Positions 28,194 to 41,879 of a stretch of 64,000 nucleotides of DNA are shown here, in pieces. Below the pieces are notes generated by a model. That model had not been told where the DNA came from. It worked only from the letters and a program-made list of their open reading frames with translations, and ran no database searches. Source of the DNA: Eledone cirrhosa (lineage: Eukaryota). How positions within the stretch are numbered: position 1 is the stretch's first letter; the number at the start of each line of letters is the position of its first letter. A program made the position numbers and the translations under genes. The DNA is taken from positions 100,378,001 to 100,442,000 of the forward strand of contig OZ024743.1 in NCBI GenBank assembly GCA_964016885.1, written 5' to 3'.

Positions 28194-29829
28194 TAATGTC
28201 GTCAAGGTATGAGTATGTATTTTGTAAATTGGAACGGCATTTGTGCATCCAAGCGGAAGACGGGTAACTTCGTATAGTCGGCCACAGGCTTCGAATGCAG
28301 TCAACTTAAAGTCGGAAGATTTGATGGGTATTTGGTGATAAGCCGCCTTTAGATCTATTCTCGAGAAATACGTGTGTTTTGAAATTTTGTTGAGTAGGTC
28401 TTCGATTATGACATTAGGGTATGAATCTAATGGTGTTAACGATTTATAGTGCCTGAGTAGTCTATGACAAGACGTTTTTTTGTTTTCTTGATCTATTACG
28501 AAGCACTGCGTTCTCCATGGGCTTCTGCTCTGTTGAATTATTCCAGCTTTAAGCATTCTGTCGGTTTCCGTTTTAATGAATTGCTGATCTTTATTGTATT
28601 TTCGAGGAGGTATAGATAATGGTTTTAATTTTGTAGTATTGATACCAGGCATTAAATCATATTCTTCACAATTCAGAGTTTGCATTGCCATACATATCGT
28701 GACTGGTCTCATATCCCCCGCATATTTTATTGTTAAAGACTTATGCCTTTTAAGTATATCAAGACCCATAACTATTGGAGCAATGAGTTTGTCAACCACC
28801 ATTAGATCGATGTGGTATTCTAGGCCCTCCCATTCTAATGTTGTTTCAAACGTACCTCGTATTATGAGTTTACTGTTGTCGGCTAAAATTATTCTTATTT
28901 TTCTTGAATTTACTTTGCCATTTTGACAAGAGGTTCATGTCAATCTTGTCTGAGCCTGTGTCAAGTAAACCTTCTGTTTTATGTGAATTGACATAAATTG
29001 TTAAAAGGTTTGTATTATGATTCACGGAAGCAAGTTTATAACAGGCAGCAAGATTACTGCCATCATAGGCTTCATCGGGCCCTCGTTATTATTCAAGATG
29101 GCTGCGTGTTTTATCTTCTTTAGTACCTTCTTATTTTTAACAAAACATACTGTTGCCCAGTGGCCTTTCTTGTGGCAGAAATTGCAAGTTGAATTTTTTA
29201 CAGGGCACTCTGATTTTTGGTGATATGAACCATCACACCAGAAACATTTTGATGAAGAAGCAGCGAATACGGGTTGTGACGGCGGTTGTATTGTTGTTGT
29301 TGACAGATTTTGTGCGTCTTCTATTGCCAGTTCTAATGTGAGAGCGGTTTGGAATATTTTATCTAGATTTTCGTCAGGTGATTCCAGAAGTCGTTGTTTT
29401 ATGGTGGCGGATTGAACACCTGACACGAACGCATCACAAATCAACAATTGTCTATGTTGTTCCCCTGTTAGGGGTTTAGTGGGGCATTTCTTTGCGAGGA
29501 CTTTTAATTCAGTCATGTAGGCCTCCAATGATTGTCCTTCTTGTTGACGATGGTTGCGTAGTTTATGTCGGGTCATTATTGCTGAGCCTTTCTTTTGAAA
29601 TTTATTATCAAGAATGGATAACGCCTCATCGAATTATGTTGCTTCTTCAATGAGAGTATAAGCATTGGCTCCGCAAAGAACGAGAAGGACTGACAGCTTA
29701 CTTTCGTCAGGAACAGACAAGTTTTCCAAATAGATCGCCAACATTCTCTTCCAGTAGACATAATCGGATTCACTAGGATCATCCGAAAGAATTTTCTTGA
29801 ATATTATCGGATCCATGATTGAATAAAAT

Positions 29830-30023
29830 TGTTGTATTATTTTGTACCAAATCAAAGGTTTTTATTCAATCTAAGAATAATATAGAAAGAGTCAATAAGA
29901 AAAGAAATTAGCATGGGTTAACAATACAACAGACAAGAACAGAACGAATACAACGAATAAGAATAAAAAGGAATCAAATCAAAGAGAAGAAAGTGATGCT
30001 ATAAAATAAATCATATCATCACA
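29830..30023 (-). repeat. Gypsy 5' LTR
   Basis: Direct repeat of 25768-25961; the gag ATG follows ~13 nt downstream. Confidence 0.95.
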
Positions 30024-32899
30024 GATTGTATACCGGTCCTAATATATTGTTATCCGGGGTTCGATTTGTGTGGAGTCGTTCCTCTAACGGTTTAATTTCC
30101 GGAAGTGAGTTTGATCTATATTAAGGGGAGCTAATACGAAAGGGGATGTAACTAGCGATTACATTGTAAATGAATTTAGAAACATGTAAAGATGTTTACA
30201 GCTCCAATTAGTTAAATTCTTTGTGTTGCTATACATTATAAGTGAATCCCTTTTATATAATGCTATTTGTTTGTGTTTAATTTTAAATATAATCTATTTT
30301 ACTTTAAAGGTCTCATTATATTGTTATCTATCCATTACTGAATAAAGTATATGTAATGTATATGAGATTGGTAAGAATGTATAGTTGTTTACAGGTCTAA
30401 CTAGTTAAATCTCTTGTGCTATTAATATACATTATATTATGTTATAAGTGAATTTCATATATATAATTATAAATATAATTTATTTTCCTATACTACATTA
30501 AGTGTCTCATCATATTATTATTTATCCATTACTGAATATAATTTAAGCAAGATATAGTGGTTATATTAAATGGTGTTAGCTTTATGTTTATTCCTAATAG
30601 TTATTGAATAGTATAAAGTTTGAGATAAAAAGGAGTTAGGTAGAGTGATGAACTGATCACATAGTGTGATGCTGTGGGGGTACTTATATGCTGATAAGAC
30701 CTAGAGGTGAGGTGTTAATGGTGGTGAGGAATTCAGATGTGACATTGTTATACATTAGCAGCTAGGTTTAAAGCTATGGAAAGAGTGTCGGTGGTAGTGC
30801 TGGCACATCGAAAAAACCTCTGATTTTTCTATTTAGGAGGTCTAGCTTAGAATAGATTATTGTTCGGGTCTCTAGAAGACAGAGGTTACATAATTTATTT
30901 GGTGGTTTATACGATGCGGCCCCATCTACTATCTCCCATTGAAGTATATATGGTCTATTCCTAGTTTTCAGAGAGTGTATGTAGCTGGATAAAGAAGTGG
31001 AGTTGGCTAGATTGCGATTTTTGAAAGTGCGGAGATGCGAGTTATATCTCGTCTTGAAGCAGTTTGAAGTTGAACTGATATATGTTTTAGAAGAGTTGTT
31101 TGTGTTAACCGTGAATGAGTAAATGATGTCTTTGATTAAGCAATTTTTACCTAAGGGGCAAGTTCTATTTGTTCTACAGTTACAGTTATTCTGGTTGTTT
31201 GCTTGCCGGTTACTATGTTGTGTAGATACCTGGTTGTTAGGGACGGCATTAGGGTAATGATGGTTGTCATTCCTATTGTTATTAATTTCATTAGTGCTAT
31301 TGCCATTATTACTATTGCTACTAGAAATCTCTGGTACTATGTTGCCCTGTAAGTTTGCCCCTTGTTGTGATTTGATTAGTTGGAAATAATTATTAATCTT
31401 CCTTTTATTACTGCTAGCTATATGGTATGCGATGTTATGTGTGGTAAAGTAAGAGATTTTAATGGTATTTTTATTGATAAGATTATGGTATTTGTGGTCG
31501 GATGGGAAGTTTTTTTTCCAGGATTGAGAAAAAAGCCTTCGGTAAGTTGGTAGAGACGTTTAGATTGAAAGGGGGATTGAAGAATGTATTAGTTCTTCTA
31601 TTTTTGTTTTTTGTAATGTTACTTGAGGTATTGTTTATATTTCTGTTTATATTATTATTGTGGTGTTTACTTAGGTGCGAGTTAAGTTTGATATTACCCT
31701 TCGTGATAGAGTTAGAGTGGCTAGTACTTTTATTATTTTTCCTCATGGCCATATTGTGAGAAATAATGTTGTAACTAGGTGATTTTACAGGTAAAAATGT
31801 AATCACATTTTTATGTCCTGATTTAGCTACGGCCTCATTATAGTATTGGGAATTATTGTTAAATATGGTTTCGTTATATGATAGATTAGAGATTCTATTA
31901 GATATTCCTTTAGTAATTGAGTTTAATATAGATTTAGGGTGGTTAGAGTTTTATTATCTACATAAAGTAGTTTTTCGTTTGGTTTATGAAAGGGTGTATA
32001 TATTTTAGAGTCCAGGTAAAGGGTAACATCAAGGAAGTTAACGTTTTTAGTGTTTTTATCTAAGGTGATACCCAAGTTGAAGTTTTTGAAAATTTTATGT
32101 AATTGTTTCCTAGTTCTTTCTATATTAAATTTTTTATAGTCAATAAGAAGTAGTGCATCATTGCGGTATAAACCACCATCGAGGTAGGTTCCTATGAATT
32201 TCATTTAAGAGATATAGGTCGACCAAATCGGTGACCTGTGCCGAGTCACTAGATCTCATAGTTATGTCTAAGTTGTTATGTGTATCCTTACGGGTCCATA
32301 ATTGACCTTCAAAAATAATTATGGTTTTTCGGGCCGCAAGGATGACATCAATTTGGGATCTAGTAAAGTCACTATTGTTCATAGCCATAATTAATGCCTT
32401 ATTTAATAGGATAGGGGGAATAGAGGTGTAGTATGAATTAATATCAAATTTTATAAATTTTTTATTTTTATTCTCTTTAATATTATTTTAAATTCATATT
32501 ATGTAAATTCATTTACAATGTAATCGCTAGTTACCTCCCCTTTCGTATTAGCTCCCCTTAATATAGATCAAACTCGCAGAAATTATATTAAGTTGTCTCG
32601 CAGAAATTATATTAAGTTGCCTCGCAGAAATTATATATGCCTAGTACCATTTCTTGTTTCCGTCCTGTATATGCCTATTGCATTTGCACTCTCTATACGC
32701 TTAGTGTCCTCGTTTCACGAGTAACTTTCTACCTTAGTGCCTCTAATTGTTATACTAATCTCTGTCGCATGCACTCTGTGCCTTTTTAACTTTTAACTTT
32801 TTTTAAATTTTTAATTTTAATTATTGTACAATTCTCTTGAAATCTATGTCGTATCCATTCCACTCTGTAAATATGAAACTGTTGTACAAACATTGCTAA

Positions 32900-32946
32900 T
32901 GCTCCGATGATTCCAAACGTTAGTTTGGAAGAAACGATTGTCAGCA
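32900..32946 (+). ncRNA. Minimal hammerhead motif (CCGAUGA variant) in the inverted pseudo-LTR
   Basis: tgct-CCGATGA-ttccaaac gtta gtttggaa-GAAAC-gatt-GTC-agca-ataaa. Confidence 0.7.
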
Positions 32947-32989
32947 ATAAAATGATTTGAACATAACTTTGATTATTATTTAATTTATT

Positions 32990-33165
32990 TGGCAGTATCG
33001 GTAGAGGGTCGGACGCCATGCTTTGTAGCATAGTTACGTCCCTTTACGATCTGAGTTCAAATCCCGCCGAGGTTGACTTTGCCTTTCATCCTTACGGGGT
33101 CGATAAAATAAAGTACCAGTAATGCACTGGGTATTTGCTGGCCTCGTGCCTAAAGTAGAAACAAT
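32990..33165 (+). mobile_element. tRNA-derived SINE (Meta/MESC-like)
   Basis: Full-length plus-strand copy of the 14606 family; flanks repeat attatttaattta. Confidence 0.82.
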
Positions 33166-33171
33166 TATTTA

Positions 33172-33224
<53 letters not shown>

Positions 33225-33365
33225 ATTTGACCAGCCACTCTCCAAGATGGCCAACTGAATACGGATGTGTGTTTTTTCTTCTCCTTTTCCCCGCTCCTTC
33301 CTCTTTACTTTCTATCACTCTTTCTATCACTCTTTACTTTCTATATATCTTCTATTTTTAACTCT

Positions 33366-33405
33366 ATCTTCTGATGAAGGGCTAGTACCCGAAACAAGTA
33401 AGGAT
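33366..33405 (+). ncRNA. Minimal type-I hammerhead motif
   Basis: atctt-CTGATGA-aggg ctagta ccc-GAAAC-aa-GTA-aggat. Confidence 0.65.
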
Positions 33406-34507
33406 GTACGTTTAAGTAGGGATATTGAGATGTCGAAATCAGCGTGGTAACACAGCTGCAGCAGAAGGGGGTCATAGTGCAATTAGCACAAATGGTGGGC
33501 GGCACTGGTTGCACTGCTTTTACACAGCAACACAAGGGGTCACCGTGGAATTAGCACAACCGTTGTTCGGCGTACTTGCGCAGGGCGTTCATACTGCGGT
33601 GTAGGTGTAACAAAAGGGGTCTTAGTAGAAGAAGCACAGACGTGAGTTTTACGGTGTCAATAACACGCCAACGTACACAGGGCCCGGATTTGCACGTGAT
33701 GAAAGCACGAAGCGTCAACAGGGCGCCGACAAAAATTTTAAAGTCCTCCTCATTTCCTCAATCCCCCGAAAATGGTCCTGCTTAAAAGTAAGTGTTGTGT
33801 CCTCTGTTAAATAAACCAAATTTTTAAAGAAATATTATACGTTACTTACGATGTTTAAGTAGCGTTTATATTGAAAATGAAAATGGCATGTAATGCCCAA
33901 TGTTAATTCGTAAATTTCCTAGAAACCATTAATTGTCCACAGCAATGCGAGGGGACTAACTAATGTGTGCTGCCAATTTCGAGATAATCGGTTGGATTAT
34001 CTTTAAGTTACGCCTCAAAAAGCCTTAAAATGTCTTTAAAAATGCGGTTTTCCGCCTAATGCGGGCCCTAGGGCAGAAAAGGTTTTTAAAATGTTAGCCC
34101 ATTGCGCTTCATGTGCGAATTAGTAAAACCTTTCACTTCTAGGTTTCTTAGAAGACTAAATGAGGCGCGCAATAGAATTGGTAATTCCCTTCACTTAATT
34201 GCGAAACAGTTTTTGCCAAAAGCTGTCTGGATGTACAATTGATAGTTGTCACAATTTCGGTTTGTATTTTTTCTTAATTTATTCTTTTAAATTGAGTCTG
34301 GCAAACCGTATTGTTCATAGTTAGTATCCTATTCACCCCAGCGAATCTGGTCCCTTATGATTTGAACACACACATATATATATATATATGTCTGTGTTTA
34401 TCTCTCTTTATTATATTGAACTATATTACACGGCCCGGAACATTTTTTTTCCTTGAGTTATTTAATTGTAAGAGACTACTTTGAGTTTCTAACTCAACAT
34501 ATACTTT

Positions 34508-34578
<71 letters not shown>

Positions 34579-34810
34579 CTTTTCCTGGGTCCTGTATTTT
34601 CGTTGCTCTGGTAATGCGGTCGGACTGCCGACTGCTATATCTGATTTGCTAAGCTGTCTGAACGTAATGTTATTACTCTGGGGTCTTACCTCATCCGAGT
34701 GCTAAAGCTACAGACCGATTATGCATATACTCTAGCTTGGCCGTATACTAAAGCTTCGTCAATGCTGTACTAAAATTTATATATATATATATATATATGA
34801 GTGTGTGTGT

Positions 34811-34886
<76 letters not shown>

Positions 34887-35010
34887 TAGCTGTCGAAACG
34901 GTCGGAGCTCAACCGTCGGTGTCCTGACTCTTTTCCTATTACCTACCCTAAGTATCGAGTACTCTGGTGCGTTATGGTCTACCTGGTTCCTTACCACATT
35001 TCCTTTGTTT

Positions 35011-35112
<102 letters not shown>

Positions 35113-35245
35113 CTTGCAAGCAGGGAAAAGCAGACGTAAAATGATGATGATGATGATGATATATATTGTGATTTATAAAGAGCTCGGAGTGTCTGTTCCT
35201 TGAGCTTACTTGGTCGGGATTGTTGTGAGTTTTTAACTCGATCTT

Positions 35246-36087
35246 TTGACTTGATATATTCCCACACTAAACCATTTATAACTCCCTAACATGTAGTCTA
35301 CACTCTGACTTGATATATTCCCACACTAAACCATTTATAACTCCCTAACATGTAGTCTACACTCTGACTTGATATATTCCCACACTAAACCATTTATAAC
35401 TCCTTAACATGTAGTCTACACTCTGACTTGATATATTCCCACACTAAACCATTTATAACTCCCTAACATGTAGTCTACACTCTGACTTGATATATTCCCA
35501 CACTAAACCATTTATAACTCCCTAACATGTAGTCTACACTCTGACTTGATATATTCCCACACTAAACCATTTATAACTCCCTAACATGTAGTCTACACTC
35601 TGACTTGATATATTCCCACACTAAACCATTTATAACTCCCTAACATGTAGTCTACACTCTGACTTGATATATTCCCACACTAAACCATTTATAACTCCCT
35701 AACATGTAGTCTACACTCTGACTTGATATATTCCCACACTAAACCATTTATAACTCCCTAACATGTAGTCTACACTCTGACTTGATATATTCCCACACTA
35801 AACCATTTATAACTCCTTAACATGTAGTCTACACTCTGACTTGATATATTCCCACACTAAACCATTTATAACTCCCTAACATGTAGTCTACACTCTGACT
35901 TGATATATTCCCACACTAAACCATTTATAACTCCCTAACATGTAGTCTACACTCTGACTTGATATATTCCCACACTAAACCATTTATAACTCCCTAACAT
36001 GTAGTCTACACTCTGACTTGATATATTCCCACACTAAACCATTTATAACTCCCTAACATGTAGTCTACACTCTGACTTGATATATTT
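35246..36087. repeat. 59-bp minisatellite, ~14 near-identical copies
   Basis: Unit tgacttgatatattcccacactaaaccatttataactccctaacatgtagtctacactc. Confidence 0.97.
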
Positions 36088-36158
36088 GTATTTACAACAC
36101 GTTATCTCTGTAAATTCATGGAGTATAATAGAGTAATAGACTAATTTATATATATGTA

Positions 36159-36258
36159 CAGGGTGTCCCAAAAAATGTATACACACTTCAACAGCATTCT
36201 AATAAATATTGCCTCTACAGGTAATTAAAGTGTGTATACATATTTTTGGGACACCCTG
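36159..36258. mobile_element. 100-bp Tc1/mariner-type MITE
   Basis: TA|CAGGGTGTCCCAAAAA...TTTTTGGGACACCCTG|TA. Confidence 0.85.
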
Positions 36259-36280
36259 TATATATACATATATATATATG

Positions 36281-36352
<72 letters not shown>

Positions 36353-36368
36353 AATATATATATGTATA

Positions 36369-36422
<54 letters not shown>

Positions 36423-36438
36423 TATACATATATATATT

Positions 36439-36478
<40 letters not shown>

Positions 36479-36498
36479 TATATTCACATATATATATA

Positions 36499-36598
36499 CA
36501 GGGTGTCCCAAAAATATGTATACACACTTTAATTACTTGTAGAGGCAATATTTATTAGAATGCTGTTGAAGTGTGTATACATTTTTTGGGACACCTTG
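36499..36598. mobile_element. 100-bp Tc1/mariner-type MITE (inverted duplicate)
   Basis: Reverse complement of 36159-36258, including the outer flank. Confidence 0.85.
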
Positions 36599-36656
36599 TA
36601 CATATATATACATTAGTCTATTACTCGAAGCTTATTTGTAAAACTGTTATATATTG

Positions 36657-36721
36657 TATTTTGTCTGATGAAGGCATACCATAATTTAATTTGGTATCCC
36701 TGAAATATGTATAATGAAATA
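36657..36721 (+). ncRNA. Type-I hammerhead ribozyme motif
   Basis: tattttgt-CTGATGA-aggcatacca...tggtatccct-GAAA-tatgta-TA-atgaaata, followed by AATAAA. Confidence 0.75.
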
Positions 36722-36869
36722 AATATGGTTTTATAAATATAGTTTCCATTTATTAATATCGTATATATATATATATATATATACAAAATTAAAATTAAGG
36801 GTTGTCATGCCTGAGAGACATGCGCCATATCCACTGTAGAATAAGCTCAAAGATTAGATCCGAGCATTA

Positions 36870-37429
36870 CATATCAACTAGAAATAGATTGACATATATA
36901 TATAAAATAAACATGAAACAAGCACAGGGAATAATTTGTAAAGAATGTAAGCACACATAGCTAGGTAGGTAACTAATTAAAGTTTAACTAGAACTTCAAA
37001 TATAGATACCTATTAAAATGATTAATCTCCTTTGTATATATTTCTTTAAGTAAGAAATATATTTCACCTATTAATCCGTAAATCACAGCAGTTAAATTCT
37101 CGGATATTCACCAAAGGAGAAGAAGATAACCATCTGCGTTTACAAAACAAATGCAAATATGTGAATGACTCGAACCACGTGTTGCATTTTTTAAAAAATA
37201 CACACATTGCACAACGTCATCCCAGTGGCGTGAATAGGACCATCGACAGCCAGAAATAGCAGCCGAGCCTATTCAACTGAATTAGCTCAACAATCAAGGG
37301 GCCGTATATATATCCAAAATTAAAATTAGTTACCTACCTAGCTATGTGTGCTTACATTCTTTACAAATTATTCCCTGTGATTGTTTCATATGTTTATTTT
37401 ATATATATATGTCAATCTATTTCTAGTTG

Positions 37430-37432
<3 letters not shown>
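36870..37432. repeat. ~110-bp inverted repeats flanking a ~340-bp spacer
   Basis: atatcaactagaaatag...ggtaactaatt and its reverse complement at 37324-37432. Confidence 0.85.
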
Positions 37433-37461
<29 letters not shown>

Positions 37462-37805
37462 TAAGCAGACTGTATTTTGATTTAGGTGTCACAGAAACTC
37501 TACATCTGATTTTAACAGCAATTCCGGGAGTCCAGGTTTGCTTATCATTTATTTTTTATCATTTATTTTGTTTTGACCTGTTTAGCTTGATTTGGTTTTT
37601 GGCTTGGGTGGTTAATGCCTTCTTGACCACCTTTTCAGTTTTGTAAGGCTTCTTAACATATTGTTTGACTCTGGTTTTTAACTATTGAGCACTTTTCCAG
37701 TGTCATTTCTGATTTTTGCGTTTCGCTTCGCCTTTCCTGCCCGCCGAAATGCGATTTTCGCTGAATCTTTATTTGTATATATATATATATATATATAGAT
37801 ATAGA

Positions 37806-37952
<147 letters not shown>

Positions 37953-38185
37953 GTTATATCTGCTTTTCTATGCTAGCATGAATTGTGTGTGTAAATGCAT
38001 GTGTGTGTGTTGTATATGCGTGTGTGGTGCATGTATATGTGTGTGAGGTGTGATTGTGTGTGTATGTGTGTGTGTATGTATGTGCATGTATGTGTGTATG
38101 TATGTATGTGTGTGTATATGTATGTGTGTACATGTATGTATATGTATGTATGTGTGTACATGTATGTATATGTGTGTGTGTGTAT

Positions 38186-38224
<39 letters not shown>

Positions 38225-38811
38225 ATTTCAAGTCCTCTCGTTCTATTCTATCCAATTTCCTGAAAGCTACTGTCCCCATTCATATCAGAATATTGTTTTC
38301 TGCTGAAAGGTATTTCATTCTACAAATGGATTCAAAACAATCTCATTGATTGAAAACAAGCCGTGCAAGAACCACGATAATATTAAGCTTATTATTAAGT
38401 TGAAATGGAATTGGTCAACCATAATCTAAAATCTAAGAAATGAAACAATTGTGCTTGCAGTCTATTTAAAAATAAATAATAATAAATAAAAATGTGATAA
38501 TTTTCAATTAATTCTAGTATAATCTGTTTTTAAACATTTACAAATATTTTCAACTATTTTTTTATTTTTTACAATTTGAAAGAGGAGGAGTTGCTCTTTT
38601 TAAAATATATTTTCATTAATTATAGAACAAAAATAGGTGAGAAACAACAATGATATATCTCTAAATTGGAAGATATAAACAAAATCAAATGTGTTATAGA
38701 CAAGAATTGTTAAAATGTAAGACAGTCGTGGGAGTTGAAGATGTGTGTGTCCTCGTGTGTGTATGTGTGTGTGTGTGTATGTGCGTGTGTGTGTGTATGT
38801 GTGTGTGTGTA

Positions 38812-38904
<93 letters not shown>

Positions 38905-39436
38905 ATGTGTGTGTGTATGCGTGTGTGTGTGTGTTTGAAAACGACGAAATTCAAACACAGCTACAATGATAATAACTTTAGAAAATTGGATAAAATTCCC
39001 TTAGGAACCGAAAATAGCCAGCCGCCATTACATAGAATCGAACTCTGTATTTCTTGGAATCCGTCCAAGCGCTTTAACCACTATTCTGAGTACATAAATG
39101 CCGTTTATTGTGTGCTACCCTCCACCACCGACCTTTTTCTCATACCAGACCTGTCAACTCTCCCCGTCCGACAGGGAGATCTCCCACCCACTTTAGGGTG
39201 GCTGAGAGATGTCTTCTCTTGTGAAAATGGGTATAGCTTTTATATAAAATCTCCCCATTTTGCTTCATTTCTCCCCCTTTTTCATGGTACTCCCCGCTTG
39301 GGTGTTTAGAGGTTGGCAGCTCTGCATAACTTACTTAATAATTTTTTAAAACAAAATTTTCATATTCAGTGTTTTGTTATTGCATAGGTTTGTTTGTTGA
39401 AGTTTCCATTACTGTATACCTTCGATCAGTATTTAA

Positions 39437-39642
39437 ATAATAATAATAAGGAAATTATTGTGTACAGTGCTCAGGTGCACTACGACTCATCAAAGGTGCA
39501 TGTATAGTACATAGAATAATATACAAATGTCAGGGAAATGAATAGTGTATGAGTCATGATATACATGTGTGTATGTGTATGGAGGGGGAAACATTAGGTG
39601 TAGTGTTGGAGAATTTCAGGAAGCATGGAGGTTTTAAAGGAC
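39437..39642 (-). mobile_element. CR1-type LINE 3' end fragment
   Basis: Reverse complement of ~45755-45960, including the (ATT)n tail. Confidence 0.8.
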
Positions 39643-41124
39643 AGCTAACAACTGATTTGTAATAAAACTAAACATAAATCGGAAATATTCTCACCATTCC
39701 TTCTAATTTCGTGTTTACAATAAAACATATAAATCATGATAAAGTAGATTTTCTACATTAACGTAATGTCATTTCAACAACTAGGAAATACCAAAAATAT
39801 ATTTTCATCAAATTAATCGTAATCTTCGAAAATGTATCTCGGACAAATATACTTTAGTAAGAAAATTGTGAGGAAACAATGTCAGAGGTGGTGGTGGGGT
39901 GTCTGTGGTGTCAGAAAGACAAGATGGAGTAACTAAAATACAAGCAAAATGAGGAGTAGACACAAAAGACCAAAATAATTATAACGAAATTATCACAGGT
40001 AAATCTGCGGATGTTGAAATATAGACTAAAATAGCGCTAACAGAATCACTAGAAATAGCTATGGTGAAACATATGGACATTTAAGCCCAGTTTAATTTCA
40101 GTTTGTCCTGTTTGTTCTCACTCTGTTCCTCTTCAGACACTTGACAAGAGACTTCGACTGTGGCTATCACTGATAATCGGTGCTGCCACATAGTTTCATT
40201 GTCTTCCATAATACAAATAAAAATATACAAATCAACACGTACAACACGCTACAACATATCAACTAACATACATCATCTCAAATACCAACAATATTCCCTG
40301 CTAAAATTGTAACTACCAACATGCCAGATTTACTGCTAAATAGCCATTGAGAAGGTCACAAAATGTGCGGCGATTTCACATCGAGAACCTTGCAAAACAA
40401 GTACATACATACACGGTGGCTGCCAACTCGTTTTCGAGTACGGCCACTACTTTATATCCATGTAGGAGAACCCCTACCAATGCGCTGAACAAGTGTGACT
40501 TTTTAGTCCAGCCAGCGACTTGAAAACTCTGGTACAAACACTATACCTGTGACAATTACTGACACATAGTGCTGGGCCCATTGTACCCTGTGATGACAAG
40601 TGCAGAGAGATCTCCAGATATAAAGCAATGCCTGTGTCGTGAAGCTTTTATAGTGAGTAAAGGCACTGCACAAAGCCAGTCCCACTCTCTTAACCAAGAT
40701 GATATTTACCAAAAAGAAGAACAAGTCAACATCATTGGATACTATCAGGGTTGCAGGTGTTATATCAGAGTTTTCCTTCTCCTAGAATTCTGCCTTGACA
40801 AAGGCTAAGGGGTCATCTCTCCCGGTGATTTTTGATGGCCATTGATTCTTAAGAGCTCCTTTGTCCTTTGATAGGCTTTGTTTTTAGTCCTGCAGGATGT
40901 CCAAAGTCACCCTCCTCACCAAGAAACCTTGGTGGGGTTGCCAGTTTAGTCGCCAACGACCCGACCATGGGACAGGTTGTACTGGAATACATGTTACCAG
41001 TAGCACCATACATACATACATACATACATACATGCATACATACATACATACATACATACATACATACATACATACATACATACATACATCATTGGCTCAC
41101 AGGAGGACAGAAATACGAACCTAA

Positions 41125-41335
41125 CCCATAACTTCTTTGTGGACGATCTGCAACTCTATGCCAAGAACATGGATGGAATGAAGAAAAATCTTGACCTGAT
41201 TACAACGTTCTCAAAGGATATAGGAATGGAGTTTGGCCAAGATAAATGCTCATACATGACTGTAAAGCGGGGAAAAACAACAACCCAATCTAGCAACATT
41301 GTCATCAATGGTCTAACTGTTTCACCGATATCTGA
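41125..41335 (+). mobile_element. Non-LTR RT fragment (R4/Dong-like) between (TACA)n tracts
   Basis: LFVDDLQLYAKN...FSKDIGMEFGQDKC. Confidence 0.6.
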
Positions 41336-41879
41336 TACATGTTACCAGTCGCACCAAGTGGTGACCTGACATACATACATACATACATACATACATACAT
41401 ACATACATACATACATACATACATACATACATACATACATACATGATTCTTTTCAGAATATTGCCAACACTTCAAAAGTCGTCGATAAATACCAGATTGA
41501 GGGCATATAAGTGGCTCTTAAGATCGGCCCCAGAGCCGCATGTTTTCTCACAAATACTACACTTGAAACAAATATTGCGGCCCTGATCATGTCTAGTACA
41601 GTGTATGGTCAGACCACTTTGAGAACAACAGATTTTTCTACAGACACAACAAATTTAATTATATGGCTTCTGAGGTAAAAGATCATCATAGTCAGCCTGT
41701 TTCTAGCAAACCACATTTGATTTTTGGGGATTAACGCGACCAGCTCTAGAAAGCAATACTCTTTCGTACATATTACAATCAAAGTTTTGGATTGAAATCT
41801 TCCGGAATCTCTCTTTACTTCCTTTGGTAAGGATCTTTTGAGCTCTGCATGTTTGATCTGTTCTGCCTCTGACTTCTCA

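Larger units (their letters stand above)
25768..30023 (-). mobile_element. Gypsy (Mag-like) LTR retrotransposon, near full length, frameshifted
   Basis: 194-bp LTRs (TG..CA) and a 5-bp TSD GATTG. Gag has two CCHC knuckles. Domains follow PR-RT-RH-IN order: PR LLDTGS, RT YLDD, RNase H ETDASD/EKEA, integrase HHCC plus D,D,E. Confidence 0.95.
25100..32975 (-). mobile_element. Penelope-like element (5'-truncated, degenerate) with inverted pseudo-LTR, interrupted by a Gypsy element
   Basis: RT remnants at 32460-31920 (FDINSYYTSI, GLYRND), FFNPPF..NV.TN, and GIY-YIG with CNCR..CPL at ~31190-30850. 32497-32975 is an inverted copy of 30105-30180 and 25135-25545. Confidence 0.85.

Noticed and set aside
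35246-36087. Possible CRISPR-like array (also 15089, 43050, 61464)
   Set aside because: Units are contiguous with no unique spacers, there are no cas genes, and the context is eukaryotic.
39146-39324. Possible hAT MITE (CAGACCTGTCAAC / GTTGGCAGCTCTG)
   Set aside because: TIRs are imperfect and no 8-bp TSD is discernible.
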